From assembly GCF_037042905.1 (NCBI RefSeq), contig NC_087250.1, positions 28,274,001-28,338,000 on the forward strand: 64,000 nt of DNA, written 5' to 3'. The DNA is from Lytechinus pictus. Its lineage: Eukaryota. How positions within the stretch are numbered: position 1 is the stretch's first letter; every line of letters begins with the position of its first letter. The position numbers and the translations under genes were made by a program. The notes beneath the pieces were generated by a model, which did no database searches, was not told where the DNA came from, and saw only the letters and a list, made by a program, of their open reading frames with translations. Below, one piece after another: positions 1 to 14,000 of this stretch.

Positions 1-357
1 CAATTAAACTTTTTTTTCAGATCGAAATATCAAAATTTTAACCACACGCTTCGCGCTCGCATTTATTGTTTTTTTAGATACCCATCTTAATCATTGGTAC
101 CAAAAATGCTTAGAATATCAAGCTTTCTGGTCAGAATATAAAGAAATTTCAGCTCGCCCTCGGCACTCGCATTATCTGTGTAGTGAGATATGTATCCTCC
201 TCATGAGTTTAATACTACAAACAGTCCTAAACAGGCACCTTTTTCCTGTTTTCAGGTCAGTATACTAACAAATTTCAGCTCGCGCTCGCATTAATTTGTT
301 GGTGAGATATGTGTCTCTATCTCATGAGTCATATAAATAAATAAATATATATATATA

Positions 358-1161
358 CAGTGCGTCCCACAAAAAACGAAACCGAGATTTATCTATGATT
401 TATCATAACTTAATCGCAAATACAATAGACAAATGACCTACCATTGTAAAGCTTATAATCTCTTCTTTCATATGAAATTACTTAGATTATTTCTCATTCA
501 CGCATGAGTGAGCAAAAACAATTTGAAAAGGAAATACCAAAAAGTCACTTGGCGGGCCGTATCTGGGTTTTAAAAAGAAAACCACATTTAAAAAAAGTTC
601 AATATCTGCTTTTTAATTTGATACCTCAATTACAGAAAATGGTCAAGAAATAACAAAGTTCTGGTTATTTGAAATAAGCCTTGAATTTCAATAATTTCAT
701 AAAATGAAGAGGTTCTACAGGCTAGCGTTCAAACTCACTTGACGATCAGCCATGCATTAAGTCTTTTGTTACCCGAGCGATAGCTTCTGTGGGAAACCGG
801 TGAAAACATGTTTATTTAATGAAATTATGGAAATACAAGCATTGTTTCGAGGGATCATAACTTTTTTACTACTTGACCATTTTCTGTGATTTAGGTATCA
901 AAGAAAAGAGAAGATATTGAACTTTTTAGTCATGTGCTTTTCTTTTTGAAATTCAGATACCCCCCGCCAAATGAGTTTTTGGCATCCTTTCTTAGAATTG
1001 TTTTTGCTCAATCATGCGTGAATGAGGAATAATTTTAGTAATACCAGATGAAAGAGAAAATTCTAAGCTTTACATTGGTAGGTCATTTGTCTATTTTATT
1101 TATGATTAAGTTATGATAAATCATCGCTAAATCTCGGTTTCGTTTTTTCTGGGACGCACTG
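358..1161. mobile_element. Non-autonomous Tc1/mariner-type MITE with long imperfect TIRs
   Basis: Ends CAGTGCGTCCC...GGGACGCACTG flanked by TA on both sides. An inverted near-identical copy lies at 48674-49492 and an end fragment at ~25179-25333. Confidence 0.85.
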
Positions 1162-1984
1162 TATATATGCATATGTGTGTGTGCGTGTTTGTGTGTGAGT
1201 TTGTTTGTTTTGTGTGATCGAGCGCCTTTGGAAAGTTGATTGCCCCCCATCTGAAAAAAGGATCGACGCCCCTGTGTATATAATATATATAGTTAATAAA
1301 AAATTGTATCTCAATTAATATACAAAAGTATTGGCCTCATCGCAATAAAAGGGTTAGTACACGAGATTTTGAAATCGCAAATAACATGCATAATTTGTGT
1401 TCCTTTTTGCTTGTTTCTTTCTTTAATAAGTTTTCAATCTCTCTCTATATATGTTTTAGAAATATTATATGTTTAAATTGATGTATATGTTCTGTTATAA
1501 TGAGATATGTTTAAGTGGACTTCAGGGAATGGTCGTACGCAGCAAGGGGGAGGGGGGGGGGGCAAATTCCCGATCAACTGTTGTGAATACACATTTTTTT
1601 TCTTAACATTTCATGAAAACTATGAAAAATGTGCAAATGTTAGATGTGCACCAAATACTTTTATTACACTTGTAAAAAAAAAAATAATCGCCCCATTGAG
1701 CAGCTCGGTCCGTTTACTCTATCGTTTTTATTTTATTTTTTTAAAATAAGTTCGAGTCTTGGCCCCCCCCCCCCCCGGAAATATTATTTTATTATCTGCG
1801 TGTTGTCATGCAAAATGGCATGACTGGTAATCCTACATTTTGAAAAGAGCATTTGACAGGGTCAGACTTTACCCCTTTTTCAACATTTTAATTTATGGCG
1901 CCGGTGAAGTGCAAAAATATGTGCGCCGCTCGGCAGTGCGACCCCCCCCCCCCCCTTCGCCAAAAGCTGGATCCGCCTATGTAC

Positions 1985-2148
1985 CTCGTTCACATTTGCC
2001 CTACGGCGGCCGTACGGCAAGGCGAAAAGAGTAGTTTTAACAATTTTTGTACCAGCTACATACGGGCTACATAATTGGTTTGAATAAAAATGAATAAAGC
2101 GGCTGTTTTCGACTCCCCGTACGGCCACCGTAGATCAAATGTGACCGA
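1985..2148. repeat. Small palindromic MITE-like element
   Basis: TCACATTTGCCCTACGGCGGCCGTACGG at the left is an imperfect reverse complement of CCGTACGGCCACCGTAGATCAAATGTGA at the right. Confidence 0.6.
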
Positions 2149-2302
2149 TTTATTACCAAGATTTCAGATGATCCACTTTTAATAAAGCGATCACGTAGAA
2201 TAAAGAACATAATGTAAAAGGACTTCGAACGCGCAATATCAATAATTGATATCGCCACTGATGATGCAAGCTTATGCTATGTAAACTCAAAGTTAATGCC
2301 AT

Positions 2303-2557
2303 CAGGGGCGGAAATCTCTCCCAAAAGGTAAGGGGGACAAGGGGCTGGAAAATTTGACAAGCAAAAGAAAAAGGTTATCATCCCAAAAGTAAGGACATCT
2401 CGTCCTAAAATACATGTTTTATTTAGATTTTGAACGATGTATTTCTTACCATCATAAAAGACCACAAATAGTTGGGGGACATTTGATATTGTGTCCCCCC
2501 TACTATTTTGAGTAGGGGGGACACGTCCCCCCTCCCCCCCTGGGATTTCCGCCGATG
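2303..2557. mobile_element. hAT-like MITE (CAGGGGCGGAAAT family)
   Basis: Imperfect TIR CAGGGGCGGAAATC / GATTTCCGCCGATG; 8-bp flanks AATGCCAT/AATGCAAT (7/8 match, probable TSD). Related copy in opposite orientation at ~20704-20961. Confidence 0.65.
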
Positions 2558-2722
2558 AATGCAATGTATCTAATGGCCTACCATTGATCGATTTGGAGTC
2601 GGTTTTCAAAGTGTGACTGGATACATCCGGAGCTTACTTCGCAACACACGATATAAAATGATATCATCAGAGACATCGTTTCCTGTCTATAATTTGTTAA
2701 GCTGAGGTTGGAATACTACATC

Positions 2723-2732
2723 ATGTCGTCCG
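2723..2732 (+). CDS. CD225/dispanin family membrane protein, coding exon 1 (ATG TCG TCC G)
   Basis: ATG followed by G|GTAAG donor; phase 1 joins exon 8651 in frame (MSSEYERFNN...). Confidence 0.7.
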
Positions 2733-2865
2733 GTAAGATCTTATATATTTATATTGGGTGGTCTCAAGTTCAGTGTTGATGATGATGATGATCCACAGCA
2801 TTTATATTGCGCCATAATAAATCTGTTAAGAACATTCATAGGCGCAGGCTCATCCAATAAGTTAA

Positions 2866-3250
2866 AGGGATGGTCCGGGCTGAAAGTATGTATAGCTTAA
2901 TAAATAGAGTAGAATTCATTGAGCAAAATGCCGAAAATTTTATCAAAATCGGATAACAAATAACAAAGTTATTGAATTTTAAAGTTTAGCAATATTTTGT
3001 AAAAACAGTCTTCATGAATATTCATTAGGAGGGCTGATGATGTCACATCTCCACTTGTTCGTTTGTATTTTATTATATGAAATTAGGTTTATTCAATTTT
3101 TTTCCTCCAAGAACTAGAAAAATTGGATTGGCAACTGATTTAGTGCATTAGGTATTTATTGCTGCAACTTATTTCATTATAAGGGATACATTTACACAAG
3201 TATGAAATGAAAAAATTATGATTTTATGTAATAACATAAGAAAACGAAAA
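2866..3250. mobile_element. Kolobok-like MITE fragment (TTAA|AGGGATGGTCC family)
   Basis: Starts TTAA+AGGGATGGTCCGGGCTGAA. Same family at 4101-~4420 and as an opposite end at ~49783-50270. Confidence 0.6.
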
Positions 3251-5389
3251 GTGGTTTGTTTTAACTCAGAATGTTTCGTTTTTGGAGCTAGTAAACGCAA
3301 TCCCGGCAAAATGTGGCTTCAACACCAACGCCGAACTTGAAATCAACCATTAATAGATTTATACAATTTAACTTGAGTTAAAACCATTACCATCAGTCAA
3401 ACTTAACAGCCTGCATTATATGCAACAAGTTTTATTTTTCTCTTAATCTCTCTTGATTGTGGATTGTAGGTGTTGGTTTGTTTGAGCTTCAAGCATCTGG
3501 AATTAATTATTAATCTGAATGAGAACGACGAGGATCATTGTTTTCAATTTTTCATTTAGCTACTTCCCTAAACTTGCTGTATGAGAAAGTCCACCATGGC
3601 AGCAAGTTTATTTTTAATAATTGTACAGTTAACAGGCAACAATATTTATGATAAAGAAATTGCATAGTAATGATTTTTTCCTTCAATTTTAAAATTCCAT
3701 ATGCCAGCGGCTAACCATACCCCTAAGCAATGTCAGGCGACGATATCAAAACTCCAACGATTCCCATTTTGTTAAATAATACCGGGATAATTACAGGCCT
3801 AATTATTTTTGTGTTTTGTATTCCATACTAAAAACTTTTAGCTTTTTATAAATGGGCCATTTGGACACCTCTTTCAATATATTTTTTTCTCCATTGACAT
3901 GGTAGAAACAAAACTACTCTTCAGTTAGTACAGTGGCGTAAAGAGTAAACAGTTTTCAGGAGCAGAGTCTGTTTCTGCTATGGTAACTCCCGTAGGAACT
4001 CGGCGGGACAGCCTTTTAATTGCTGGTATACCAATAACCCCAAGCTATAGGTATAAGTATAGGAAACATTTTCTTTTCGTCCAAGTAAGTCAGGTATTAA
4101 ATGGATGGTCCAGGCTGGAGATATTTATATCGCAATAAATAGAGTAAAATTTACAAAGCAAAATGCTAAAAATTTGATCAAAATCGGATAACAAATAAGA
4201 AAGTTGTTGAATTTTAAAGATTTGCATTATTCCGTTGAAACAGTTCTAATCATGTCTTTATGAATATTTATTAGGTGCGCTGATGATGTCACATCCCAAC
4301 TTGTTCTTTTGTATTTTATTATATGAAATTAGGTTTATTCAAAGATTTTCTACCAAGAACTAAATAAAGCAATTGGATTGAAAACTGATTAGTGCATTAG
4401 TTATTTATTACCGCAATTCATAAAATATCTAATTGATCAGGATATTAATAATATAATTATAAAATTTGTTCTACGTCACTCACGGGTGACAATAGACCCT
4501 GCGTGTGGCACACGGTATAACCGACCGACAACCTACCGATATAGTCAAGTCAATCTAGCCAGAATAGGGGGGTAACCCACCACTAATTGCAACACGAGAT
4601 ATTCCACTGAAATGCTTTCCAGGAAGGTCCCCTAAACAACATACTAAAAGTCCCAAGAAACCCAAGCAGTGGAAATTTATGAAATTTGCATATTATGCAA
4701 ATTAGCCATGAAAAATAAGAAAAAAGAAGGGAAATAAACCAAAGATTACAAATTAAAAGTCCAAAACAATTTAATTCAAATGGAAATTCATGATAAATAA
4801 CTGAATTTAATGTTTTTAATCAAAAGTGCAAAAAATTCTACCTCATTTGCATATTATGCAAATAAGCATCCTTATATGGAAAAAAATTCAAGATATTGTG
4901 ATTTTTCTCAAATAGACTGCTTGAAAACATTTCATTAATGTTGAAATTAATATGCTACTATATCACTAAGCATGAGAATTCATCCCAATGCCTGAAAATT
5001 AATTTGCATATTATGCAAATTAGCCATTAAAAAAAATAGAAAATGAGGAAATTAATCCAAAGATTAAAAACTAAATGTCCACAGCAAGTAATTTTGAACA
5101 AAAATTCATGATGAATAAATAAGTTCAATGTCTTTATTAAAAAAAGCTAGCAAATCTGCCTCATTTGCATATTATGCAAATAAGTATCCTTATATGGAAA
5201 ATGTCAATAAATTTTTATTTTTATCACATTGACTGCAGTGAAAACATTTCAGTTTTTCAAATTAATATGCTGATATCACTAAGCATTCAAATCTATCCTA
5301 ATGTGATTTATATTAAAGGAAAAATACTGGAAATATGTTCTTTGCTTCCTAAGCGTTAGTCTGACAAGATGATGGGATTGGCAAGAACA

Positions 5390-5900
5390 AAGCACAGTTT
5401 TTGAATTGGTGTGTAGTTTGTTAGAGTTGACAACCCTTTCTTATATGGATGGGAACGATATATACTTTCTTTAAATTTCACCGCATAAACTTGATAAACG
5501 GAGGCCAGGAAAAGCAAACTTATGGCAGGTAAGATCTGATGAGTAGTCTCATTAAGAAGTGCAGCAGAGATTCCGTCTGGCCTAGTAGCTTCATGCAGGT
5601 TGTTTTCTTTAACAATTTCTTCAGTAGTCTGGCTACACCTGCTTGACTAAACAATATGTTATCTGGCCATATTTGGGTCAGGACTGGGTCCCAGGACTTC
5701 AGCGTCATCATCATCATGATCAGTGGTGAATACTAAGACTAAAAATCTTTGCCTTCCTTTAATAATGATATTCCAATGTAGTCATAGCTATTGATATTAA
5801 GGGCTCCCAACATGCTAATTGTTACAGCCTGGATCATTGTCAATCTGGTCAACAAATTATGTATTATAGGCTTGTCTACAAACCCTCTTATGGTCCTCTT
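5390..5900 (-). pseudogene. Decayed non-LTR retrotransposon ORF2 fragment (CR1/L2 group)
   Basis: Frameshifted minus-strand remnants ...GVARLLK..., ...PDGISAALLNET..., ...VPIH..KG...NYTPI resemble the pre-RT GPDGI / VPIxKKG..NYRPIS motifs. Confidence 0.6.
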
Positions 5901-6776
5901 TAATGCATTGCAGCAATTCTGAGCTTTACCTTACTGATGCTTTTGGGGCTCTAAAATGTGCAAGCCTTCCTAGCCTTTCTCTAAAACTCTTGACATCTTC
6001 CGACACAACTTATGTCCAATGTCTCATTGAGGCAACTTGTGTTGGAAGAAGACATGGTTAACGGTGTTGTTCTTGTTAAAGTCCTCTTGATTGGCATTCA
6101 GTCTCCTAAGCTCGACTTGTCGGAGTTCAGTACAGAGAGTTGTATGATTGTCCAAAGTACATCTGCATGACACTATTAAAGTCAGCATTCCTCCAGAAGA
6201 ACATAATAGTCGTACCATAAAATGTTTATTCCTCTGGATAACCTCACAGTATACCCATGAGTAGCACATTGTGGCAAATAAATCCTGGAAGTGGTACACA
6301 CTGTCTAATCAATGTTGGATGGTATTTGATGGTGATGTTAAGGGTGTTCCATTATATTGTGTCCTCTTGTTGGAAAGGCAATAATATGGCTTAGTCCTCC
6401 ATCTGGTTTGTTCATTGTCTCACTGAGGAATTTCTGTTTACCATAAATATCAGGAAATTAATATTATTAATTTCATACGACTTACTTAGAAACTATAGCT
6501 TTGATATTTGGAGATGGTTGCCATAGGAGATTTATGAAAGAGGAAAGAACAGAAAATGGATGCTTCATCATGAAGCAGCAACTGGATTCAGCAAGAACGT
6601 CTAATCTCGATTCCTTTATCTGAGAAAGATGCCTATAATGCACTTTAAGCCTTCATCATGAATTTATGAATGGCTTTCATGTCGCTCGTGTAGGCAAATG
6701 CCCATTGTTACTCTTATTAAGCATGCCCAGAGATCTTGTGATCCAAGCAAGTACTCATATTCACCACCAAGACAAG

Positions 6777-7280
6777 TGATGATGATGATGATGATGATGG
6801 GTTCTTGTAAAGCGCCGGTATCCGCCTCAGCTGGGCGCTCATGGCGCTTGCTCAAAAATAGGAAATATCTCACAAATGTCAATGTCTTCAAACAGTGCTT
6901 AGGATCATCATTCAGTTCAAGTACTGTCCTAGTAAAAAAAAAAATGCTACAATTGAGTTATTCTTGTCTTGGGATAATGTTGGAGTGGGGAACAGAAAGG
7001 TCTTCAGGTAAGACTCAAAAGTTGATTGGGTCTCTGCTGTCCTGATAAATTGGGGAAGGCTATTCCACAGCTTTGGTCCAGAGATGTAGAAGGCTCTGTC
7101 ACCCCAGGTTGTGTGGCTGAGAGATTCCCACAGCAATGCTTGAGCTGCTGATCTGAGACTGCGTGTTGGTCTATGCTGAGATAAGAGCTCTGAGATGTAG
7201 GGTGGAGATTTATCGTTAAGCGCTTTAAATGCAAGGACCCCAAGTTTATAAGCTAATTGGTGTGATACAAGGACCAAATA
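6777..7280 (-). mobile_element. 3' end of an L2-clade LINE
   Basis: ORF 6912-7277 carries the L2-type C-terminus (RPTRSLRS...TWGDRAF...GPKLWNSLP...LKTFLF), followed by GCGCTTTACAAG and an (ATC)n tail. Confidence 0.85.
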
Positions 7281-8650
7281 TTCGAAGCTAATGGGCTTTT
7301 ATTTGTACGGGTGTGACATCTTGTGCTGATCACTTGGCAATCCAGGAGTTGCTAGCGTGGACTATACTCGCAAGAAACGCAAAGTCTCTACAAAGTCAAG
7401 AAGAGAGCAAGACTTGTATGGAAATAATGAAGCATTCAAGCAGTGGGATCCATGTAGAATGGACTCATCATTGTACAATATGAGTGGGGTAACTGCTCGT
7501 GACAAAAGTCAATATCAGCCAAGCAAGAAGTGTTTTTTTTTCCATATAAAGATGCTCATATATATGCAAATGAGGTAGATTTATTTACGATTTATTTTTA
7601 TTTTTTAATAAATAAATTTGTAAAACTTATCATGGGCTTCAGTTCAATTCGTATTGATTTCTGCACTTGATTTCCAATATTTTGATTATTTTCCTTATTT
7701 GTAATTTATTATTGCTAATTTGCATAAAATCCAAATTTTGTGATTTTCCTATATGCTTGTATATTTAAGGACTTTTAATATGGTGTTTAGGAAACCTTCC
7801 TGTAAGGTATTGCCATATTCCAATTTCAATAGATAATCTACTTACAATTTTTGAGGGATGTATCACCAGTGTGTTTTCTTGAATATTTATAACATGTTAG
7901 ATACTTTTATTTGCACAATATGCAAATTACACTACATACACTAAGCTGAATACAAATGTATTCAACCTCCTTAGTGATAGCAGCATGTACATTACAACAT
8001 TAATGATATTTTCAAGCAGATAATGAGAGAAAAATCACAATACCTTGACATTTTTCCATATAAGGATGCTTATTTGCATATTATGCAAATGAGGTAGATT
8101 TTTTTTGCACTTTTGACAAAAAACATTGAATACAGTTATTTATCATGAATTTTCGCTCAAATTGAATTTTTTTGGACACTCAATTTGTAATCTTTGGGCT
8201 ATTTTCCTTATTTTTCTAATTTTTATGGCTAATTTGCATATTATGCAAATTTCATACATTTCCACTGCTTGGATTTCTTGGGACTTTTAGTATGTTGTTT
8301 AGGGGACCTTCCTTGAAAGCATTGCAGTGAAATATCTCGTGTTGCAATTAGTGGTGGGTCAAACCCTATATTGACTGGACTAATAGCCCGATTAAATATT
8401 CAACTAGAGAGCGTTTCATCAGCATTTTGGTCTGATAATTTTCCTTGATTTTGATTGGCTCAGGACAGTTCTTTTGGTAAATGTAACTGTCAGATGAAAC
8501 AGGAGAATCCCATCAGATAAAACCTCCGACAAGTTATTTTATGAAACGCTCCCCATGGTGGTACAAATAAGTTGCATTTCGCATAAGAATAAGTCTTATG
8601 CAGAAAGTCCTAAATAGTGTTCACCAATTAATTTGACCTATATTATTCAG

Positions 8651-8820
8651 AATACGAGCGATTCAACAACAAGGACGTAGAGGGCGGGAAACAGGCTGTA
8701 CCTCCGAGTTATGGGACGACTGGTGAGGTTCACAGCGCTCCTGCATATCCTGTTCAACAGTCCCCTCCGCAGTATACGGGACAGCAACCTGCGACACTTG
8801 CTCTTGGACAAATTCCTCAG
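8651..8820 (+). CDS. CD225/dispanin family protein, exon 2 (Pro/Gln/Tyr-rich N-terminus)
   Basis: TTCAG| acceptor and CAG|GTAGG donor; open frame ...VPPSYGTT...PAYPVQQSPPQYTGQQP..., phase-compatible with both neighbours. Confidence 0.85.
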
Positions 8821-9339
8821 GTAGGAGAACTATGTTACCCCCCCCCCCCAAAAAAAAAAAAATATATATATATATATATGTATGTATATAATGTGGTATG
8901 ATCTCCTTTCTCCTTTTTAATCATCTTCAAGTGCATTTGCCTATTTGCACTCCCTGGTAGAAAAGGGACAGAATCAAGAGCTTGTTGCCAGCTTAGGCAT
9001 CAATGAAAGTATTTACATCAGCCTCTGCCCTTTCATCAAGTTTTCAAAAACTTGGAAAAAAATGAATCTGCACCCGTTGTCTTCAATTAGATGAATTAAT
9101 TCGGTCATGCGTGATACAAATGGTGCAAATAAGGTATTACTGGAAAGCAGATGAGTTTCTCTTTGATTCCCAAGCATAGTAATTTTATGTAAAAAATATA
9201 TTTCGAATATCAGCACTTTAGATTTGGATAACATTTTTTTTTCTGAAACGCACTGCATAAATCAACTGCAATCAGAAGAATAAGGAATGCTTATTTGACA
9301 TGTTTGAATTGAACAATAATAATTTGTAAATGATGACAG

Positions 9340-9471
9340 GTCTCTGGTCAGCAGACGATGGTGCATGTTGCCGCCGGGCCTATCCCGAAGGATTACTTTG
9401 GATTTGCGCTCTTCGTTACAATCCTCTGCTGCCTACCATTTGGTGTTGTTGGCCTCGTCAAATCAAGCGAG
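9340..9471 (+). CDS. CD225/dispanin family protein, exon 3
   Basis: ACAG| acceptor and GAG|GTAATT donor; encodes the CD225 signature PKDYFGFALFVTILCCLPFGVVGLVKSSE. Confidence 0.93.
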
Positions 9472-10210
9472 GTAATTAAGTTATGTCTGACCAACAAACG
9501 TAGAGGGCAGCAGCAACAGCAGTTGAAGCTTGGGGGAAAACGTATATATAAATACATCTCTTTTTATACCCCGAAAAAAGGATACTGTTATAATAACTTG
9601 GCCATCCAGAGGTATCTTTTATAAAATCCTTTATTCTGATTGGCTGATGGGTCATACCATGGCAGTTACCAATCGATGACAAAATTACAATGATAGTAAT
9701 TTTTGTACAACGGAGCTCTTGAGTATTTAAATTATTCCTAAACCGGGAATATTTTAAAAAATATGTTCACGTGGTACTGGATTGATTATGCTATTATTCA
9801 TCACGATTTTTGTAAAATATGAATTTCCAATATTTATGATAATTCGTTTAAACTTTAATAATTATTTCTTAATTTGTCAAATATGAATATTTAATACTCA
9901 TAGGTATGTTTGTAAAGCATCATTTAAAAAAAAGATATTTGTGCTATTAAAAAAAAATCATAATAATGAAAATGTTGATATACTTTTTTTTATTTTGTTC
10001 AAATTTTAATGGGCCTATTCATAAGTTATTTTATTTTTGTTTTAAACGTTTTATATTTACTATGGAACTATATCCATGCTGATTTTTTTTGTAAAAAGTA
10101 AACGAATAATTTACTTCATTTGAGTGGGAAATTTTTATTCTATTTTTCTTAAGTTGGATATTCAATATTTTATTTTTTAGAAGTTGATTTTATTTATAAT
10201 TTTTTTACAG

Positions 10211-10369
10211 GTGAAGAATCGTGCGGCAGGAGGAGATTATAACGGAGCAACAATCTCTTCATCTGAGGCTCGACGCTGGTCATGGGCTGGCTGTATTATC
10301 GGAGGGATTATGTGGGGTATTGCTCTCATTATGACGTGTGTCTACATAGGTTTTGCTGTGACTGCCTAG
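10211..10369 (+). CDS. CD225/dispanin family protein, exon 4 (PRRT1/IFITM-like; 156 aa in total)
   Basis: TTTACAG| acceptor; VKNRAAGGDYNGATISSSEARRWS plus a hydrophobic TM segment, ending at TAG. Matches the CD225 'GDxxGAxxxSxxA' pattern. Confidence 0.93.
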   Translation: MKNRAAGGDYNGATISSSEARRWSWAGCIIGGIMWGIALIMTCVYIGFAVTA

Positions 10370-10483
10370 CTGTAACGCTGGAAATTGCTAAACATGCCTG
10401 TCGGCGCTACAGAATGGGGAGGGGGCGGGGTTGGTTGGCGATCGCCCTCAATGATTTCCAATTGAAAGACAAGAAGAAACAGA

Positions 10484-11030
10484 CCCGGGGGGGGGGGGGC
10501 ACTTACATTGACGAGTGGATACCATGCGCGACAATATAACACGTAAAAAGCATGTTTTTTCAAGATAGGGCACGTTACGTACGTAACGTGATAAGGGTGT
10601 CAAAAACACCAAAAAAATGAAAACAGGTATCTATTTCGCTAAGAAAAATATACGTGTTTAGGGTCAAATTTGTGGGAATGATAAAACAAAATTAAAATGT
10701 TTTATAAAGGATGTCTTTTTTGCCCCAAACATTACGTGATTAGAGTCCGATTTGCGCGAGGTGTGGGCCGTAGCAAACCAAATGATGTGTAAAGTTAAAA
10801 CCGACGACCGACGGACCCGTGACATAACAATAACATATCGCTGTACTTGTTTAGGGGTTCATCTCAGGGACTATACTTGCCAAGAGTATCGTTTTTTTTT
10901 TCTATACTTGTTAAGGGTAGGGTTTAACACGCCAATACTTGTTAAGTGGTGCATTTTCAGAATATGGAAAATACGTGTTTAGGGTGCTTTTCGAGACCCC
11001 ATGGTCGCGCATGGTATCCACTCGTCAATG
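10484..11030. mobile_element. CCCGGGGG-type MITE just 3' of the CD225 stop, right tip missing
   Basis: Perfect 27-bp inverted repeat CATTGACGAGTGGATACCATGCGCGAC at 10506-10532 and 11004-11030. Confidence 0.7.
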
Positions 11031-11074
11031 TGGGAAATAGAAAAACTTTGAAATAGATAAATTAGCCATCATTT

Positions 11075-14000
11075 TGTCTTGTTTTTGTTTGTTTTATTTT
11101 TATTTCTGCGTTCACAAAACATTATCAAAATATTTACATTGTTTGTAATATACAAAATAATTCATAATGCATACAATATAAACATAATACATAATTTGAA
11201 GGGAAAAATGGTGTGGGCATATACTTCACATTTTGATAATAAAAAAAAGGAACATTAACAAAATTTAATGAACGCAGGAGACCGCCATCGTGAGCGGTTA
11301 AGCTTGTAATTGATGGCAGCCTCATAAAAAGGGTTCGTGACTATGATTGGTAATTACTGAACAAGTGGGTGCAATGCAGGTGCAGGTGCGGGTGCAGAAG
11401 ATAGCTGTATAATTTATTTTTTTTTAATTTATAGTGGTAAATGAGGATTAATTTGAAGGTTGGGATGAATAAGATCGAATTATATTTCTTTTAAAAGTTG
11501 ATTTTAAAGAGTATAAAGTGGAACAAGATTTAATATTTTCTGCAAGATTATTCCAAATGTCTGTACCATGATGTCGAATTGATTTAGAGGTAATTAACAG
11601 TCTCGGGCTTGTGAGATGAAAGTTTCCAGATGTACGAGTTGGGTAGGTATGGACAGAACTATTGAACTTAAACATATCACCAAAAGACGAAAGGAGTAGG
11701 TTATTAATATACTTAAACATAATGATAGCTACTTGAAGAGTATATAAGTCGGCAACTTTTAGTGTTTTCTGTTTGAAAAATAATGGATCAGTGTGAGCCA
11801 AGTAATGAAATCCTGTACAAATGCGAATAACTCTTATTTGTAATTTGAAAATAGAAGTAAGCTTTGTTGAGCCACAATTAGCCCAAACAACGTTACAATA
11901 AGTAATATACGAGAGTACTAAAGAATTGTACAATAGGAATAAAGTTTAAAGAGGCAAAATAAATTTTAACTTAGAAATAATTCCAATGCTTCTCGAAATA
12001 CACATTGTAATATGGTGCAGACGCTCATTCAAAGATAAAGCTACATCTATGATAACCCCTAAAAATCTATAGAATGAGTTTTTCGTTCTAATGACTTGCC
12101 GTCAATCTGTAGGTGAAATTGAGTGTTAGAAATATGAGAGTGATGTTTAAAATATATGTAATGAGTTTTTTTGTGTGTTCAAAGATAATTTGTTAGCTTT
12201 GAACCACTGTGATACTTTGTTTAGTTCATGATTTTAAATATTGTATAAGGAAGTGGGATTTGTATGAGAAAAAAAATATTTGTGTCGTCAGCGAATAATA
12301 CAAAAGATAAAATGGATGATGTATTAATAATGTCATTGACATATAGTAAAAATAATGGTGGGCCTTATATGGAGCCTTGAGGGACACCACAATGAACTAA
12401 AAGTGAGTCAGAGTCATAACCATTAAATGCGACGTATTGTTGTCGATTTCTTAAGTAATCTTTAAACCAAAGGAGGGATTGACCTCGTACGCCATAATAA
12501 TTAAGTTTTGAGAGTAGAATGTCGCGATTAAGTGTATCAAATGCCTTACTAAGGTCACAAAATATGCCAATGACATGTTCTTTGTAAGCAATGGCGTTTG
12601 TAATTTTATCATAGATTTGGATTGAAGCCAAGTTTGTTGAGTAATTTTTCTTAAAACCATATTGATTAGAATTTAGCAGATTGTGTTTGCTGATGAATTT
12701 ATAGAGTCTGTTATATACAATTTTTTCTAAGATTTTTTATATATACACAACAAAAACAGTAAGTCCCCCCTAGATCAAATTGCTGTAACTTTTGAACGGA
12801 ATTATTTTGAGATATGATATTCCGTAGGTGTTTTTTTATTGATTGATCAGTTGAGTCATGCCTGAGTAATTAAAGATTGAATTAAAAATGACAATTTTTT
12901 TAAAGTCACAAGAGTCGTTTTTCAGATTGTGCAAATACAAAGTTGGGCAAATGTTGTCTTTAGGTGAATTTTATGGTGCTATGGTGTTTTACTATCCATC
13001 ATTTAGCCACTCCACACACAATTTTGATATCATATGTTCATGGTTGAGTGAGCACAATGTATTGCAGGGGCCGCGGGAGGGGGGGGGGGGCTGGGCAGTG
13101 AGCTTCAGTCCCCCCCACTTTTTTCCAAAAGCATGTACAAAAATGTAAAAATAACCATACGATTGTGATTTTTTGCATGGTCAGCCCCCACCCCCCCCCC
13201 ACTATGAAAACCCCTTCCCCAGTCCCTGTATTGTGACGTATCATCATAGGGGTTTATGGTAGTATCCTCTACAACTTGAAAATTTGAAAATGTTGGTGGC
13301 TCCCCCGATTATAGGCCCCTCCTCCATTTTAAAATTCTGGACCCACCACTGATTTGTCCATGAATTAAACCGATCATGATAAATTGTTAGGAAAATAATA
13401 CATATATGCAGTATAAAGAGTATTCATTCCTAAGTTTTCGAATGTGCTCACTCAACCATGAAAATTATTAAAGTTCGGAAAGTGTGTGGTGATAGAAATG
13501 ATGAATGATAAAAACAATAGCAATTAAAGGCTTATTTGAAACCGAATTTGCCCCCAATATTCACTTTATTACCCTTTAAAATGAGTCTGTGACATTGAAA
13601 ATACAAATTTTCCCACTTTGATGCGTGCTCACTCATCCATAAATAAACAAATCGATTTTATTTTTGCACAGAATTATGCCCATAGGTTGATAATCATTAC
13701 TGCCAAATTACATTGCTAAAGACAGCCGTGAAAAAAAGTTCCACCATATTGAATAAGGAGTTACTTATTCTTAAACATGTGCACCCATTATGTAAACAAG
13801 TCTATGAGAAACGAAGTCAAAATTTTAACAAATATGAAATGAGGGTTTGTTTCATGGACGGTTTTTGTTACTTCTGCCAATAGTTATTTCATGAAACTTC
13901 GTACATGGCTTTAGAGTAACACTATCCAAAAGGCGCGCACACCAAAATAACCATTCGATACGACACAGAGTGGGGCCAAGGCCTTGAACTTTCTTCTCAT

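Larger units (their letters stand above)
4542..8382. mobile_element. Academ-like non-autonomous DNA transposon with ~430-bp TIRs, in intron 1 of the CD225 gene
   Basis: Ends TAGTCAAGTCAAT / ATTGACTGGACTA with a 3-bp ATA duplication on both sides. 4542-~4970 aligns in reverse to ~7970-8382. TAG ends, 3-bp TSD and long TIRs fit Academ, but the superfamily call is inference. Confidence 0.7.
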
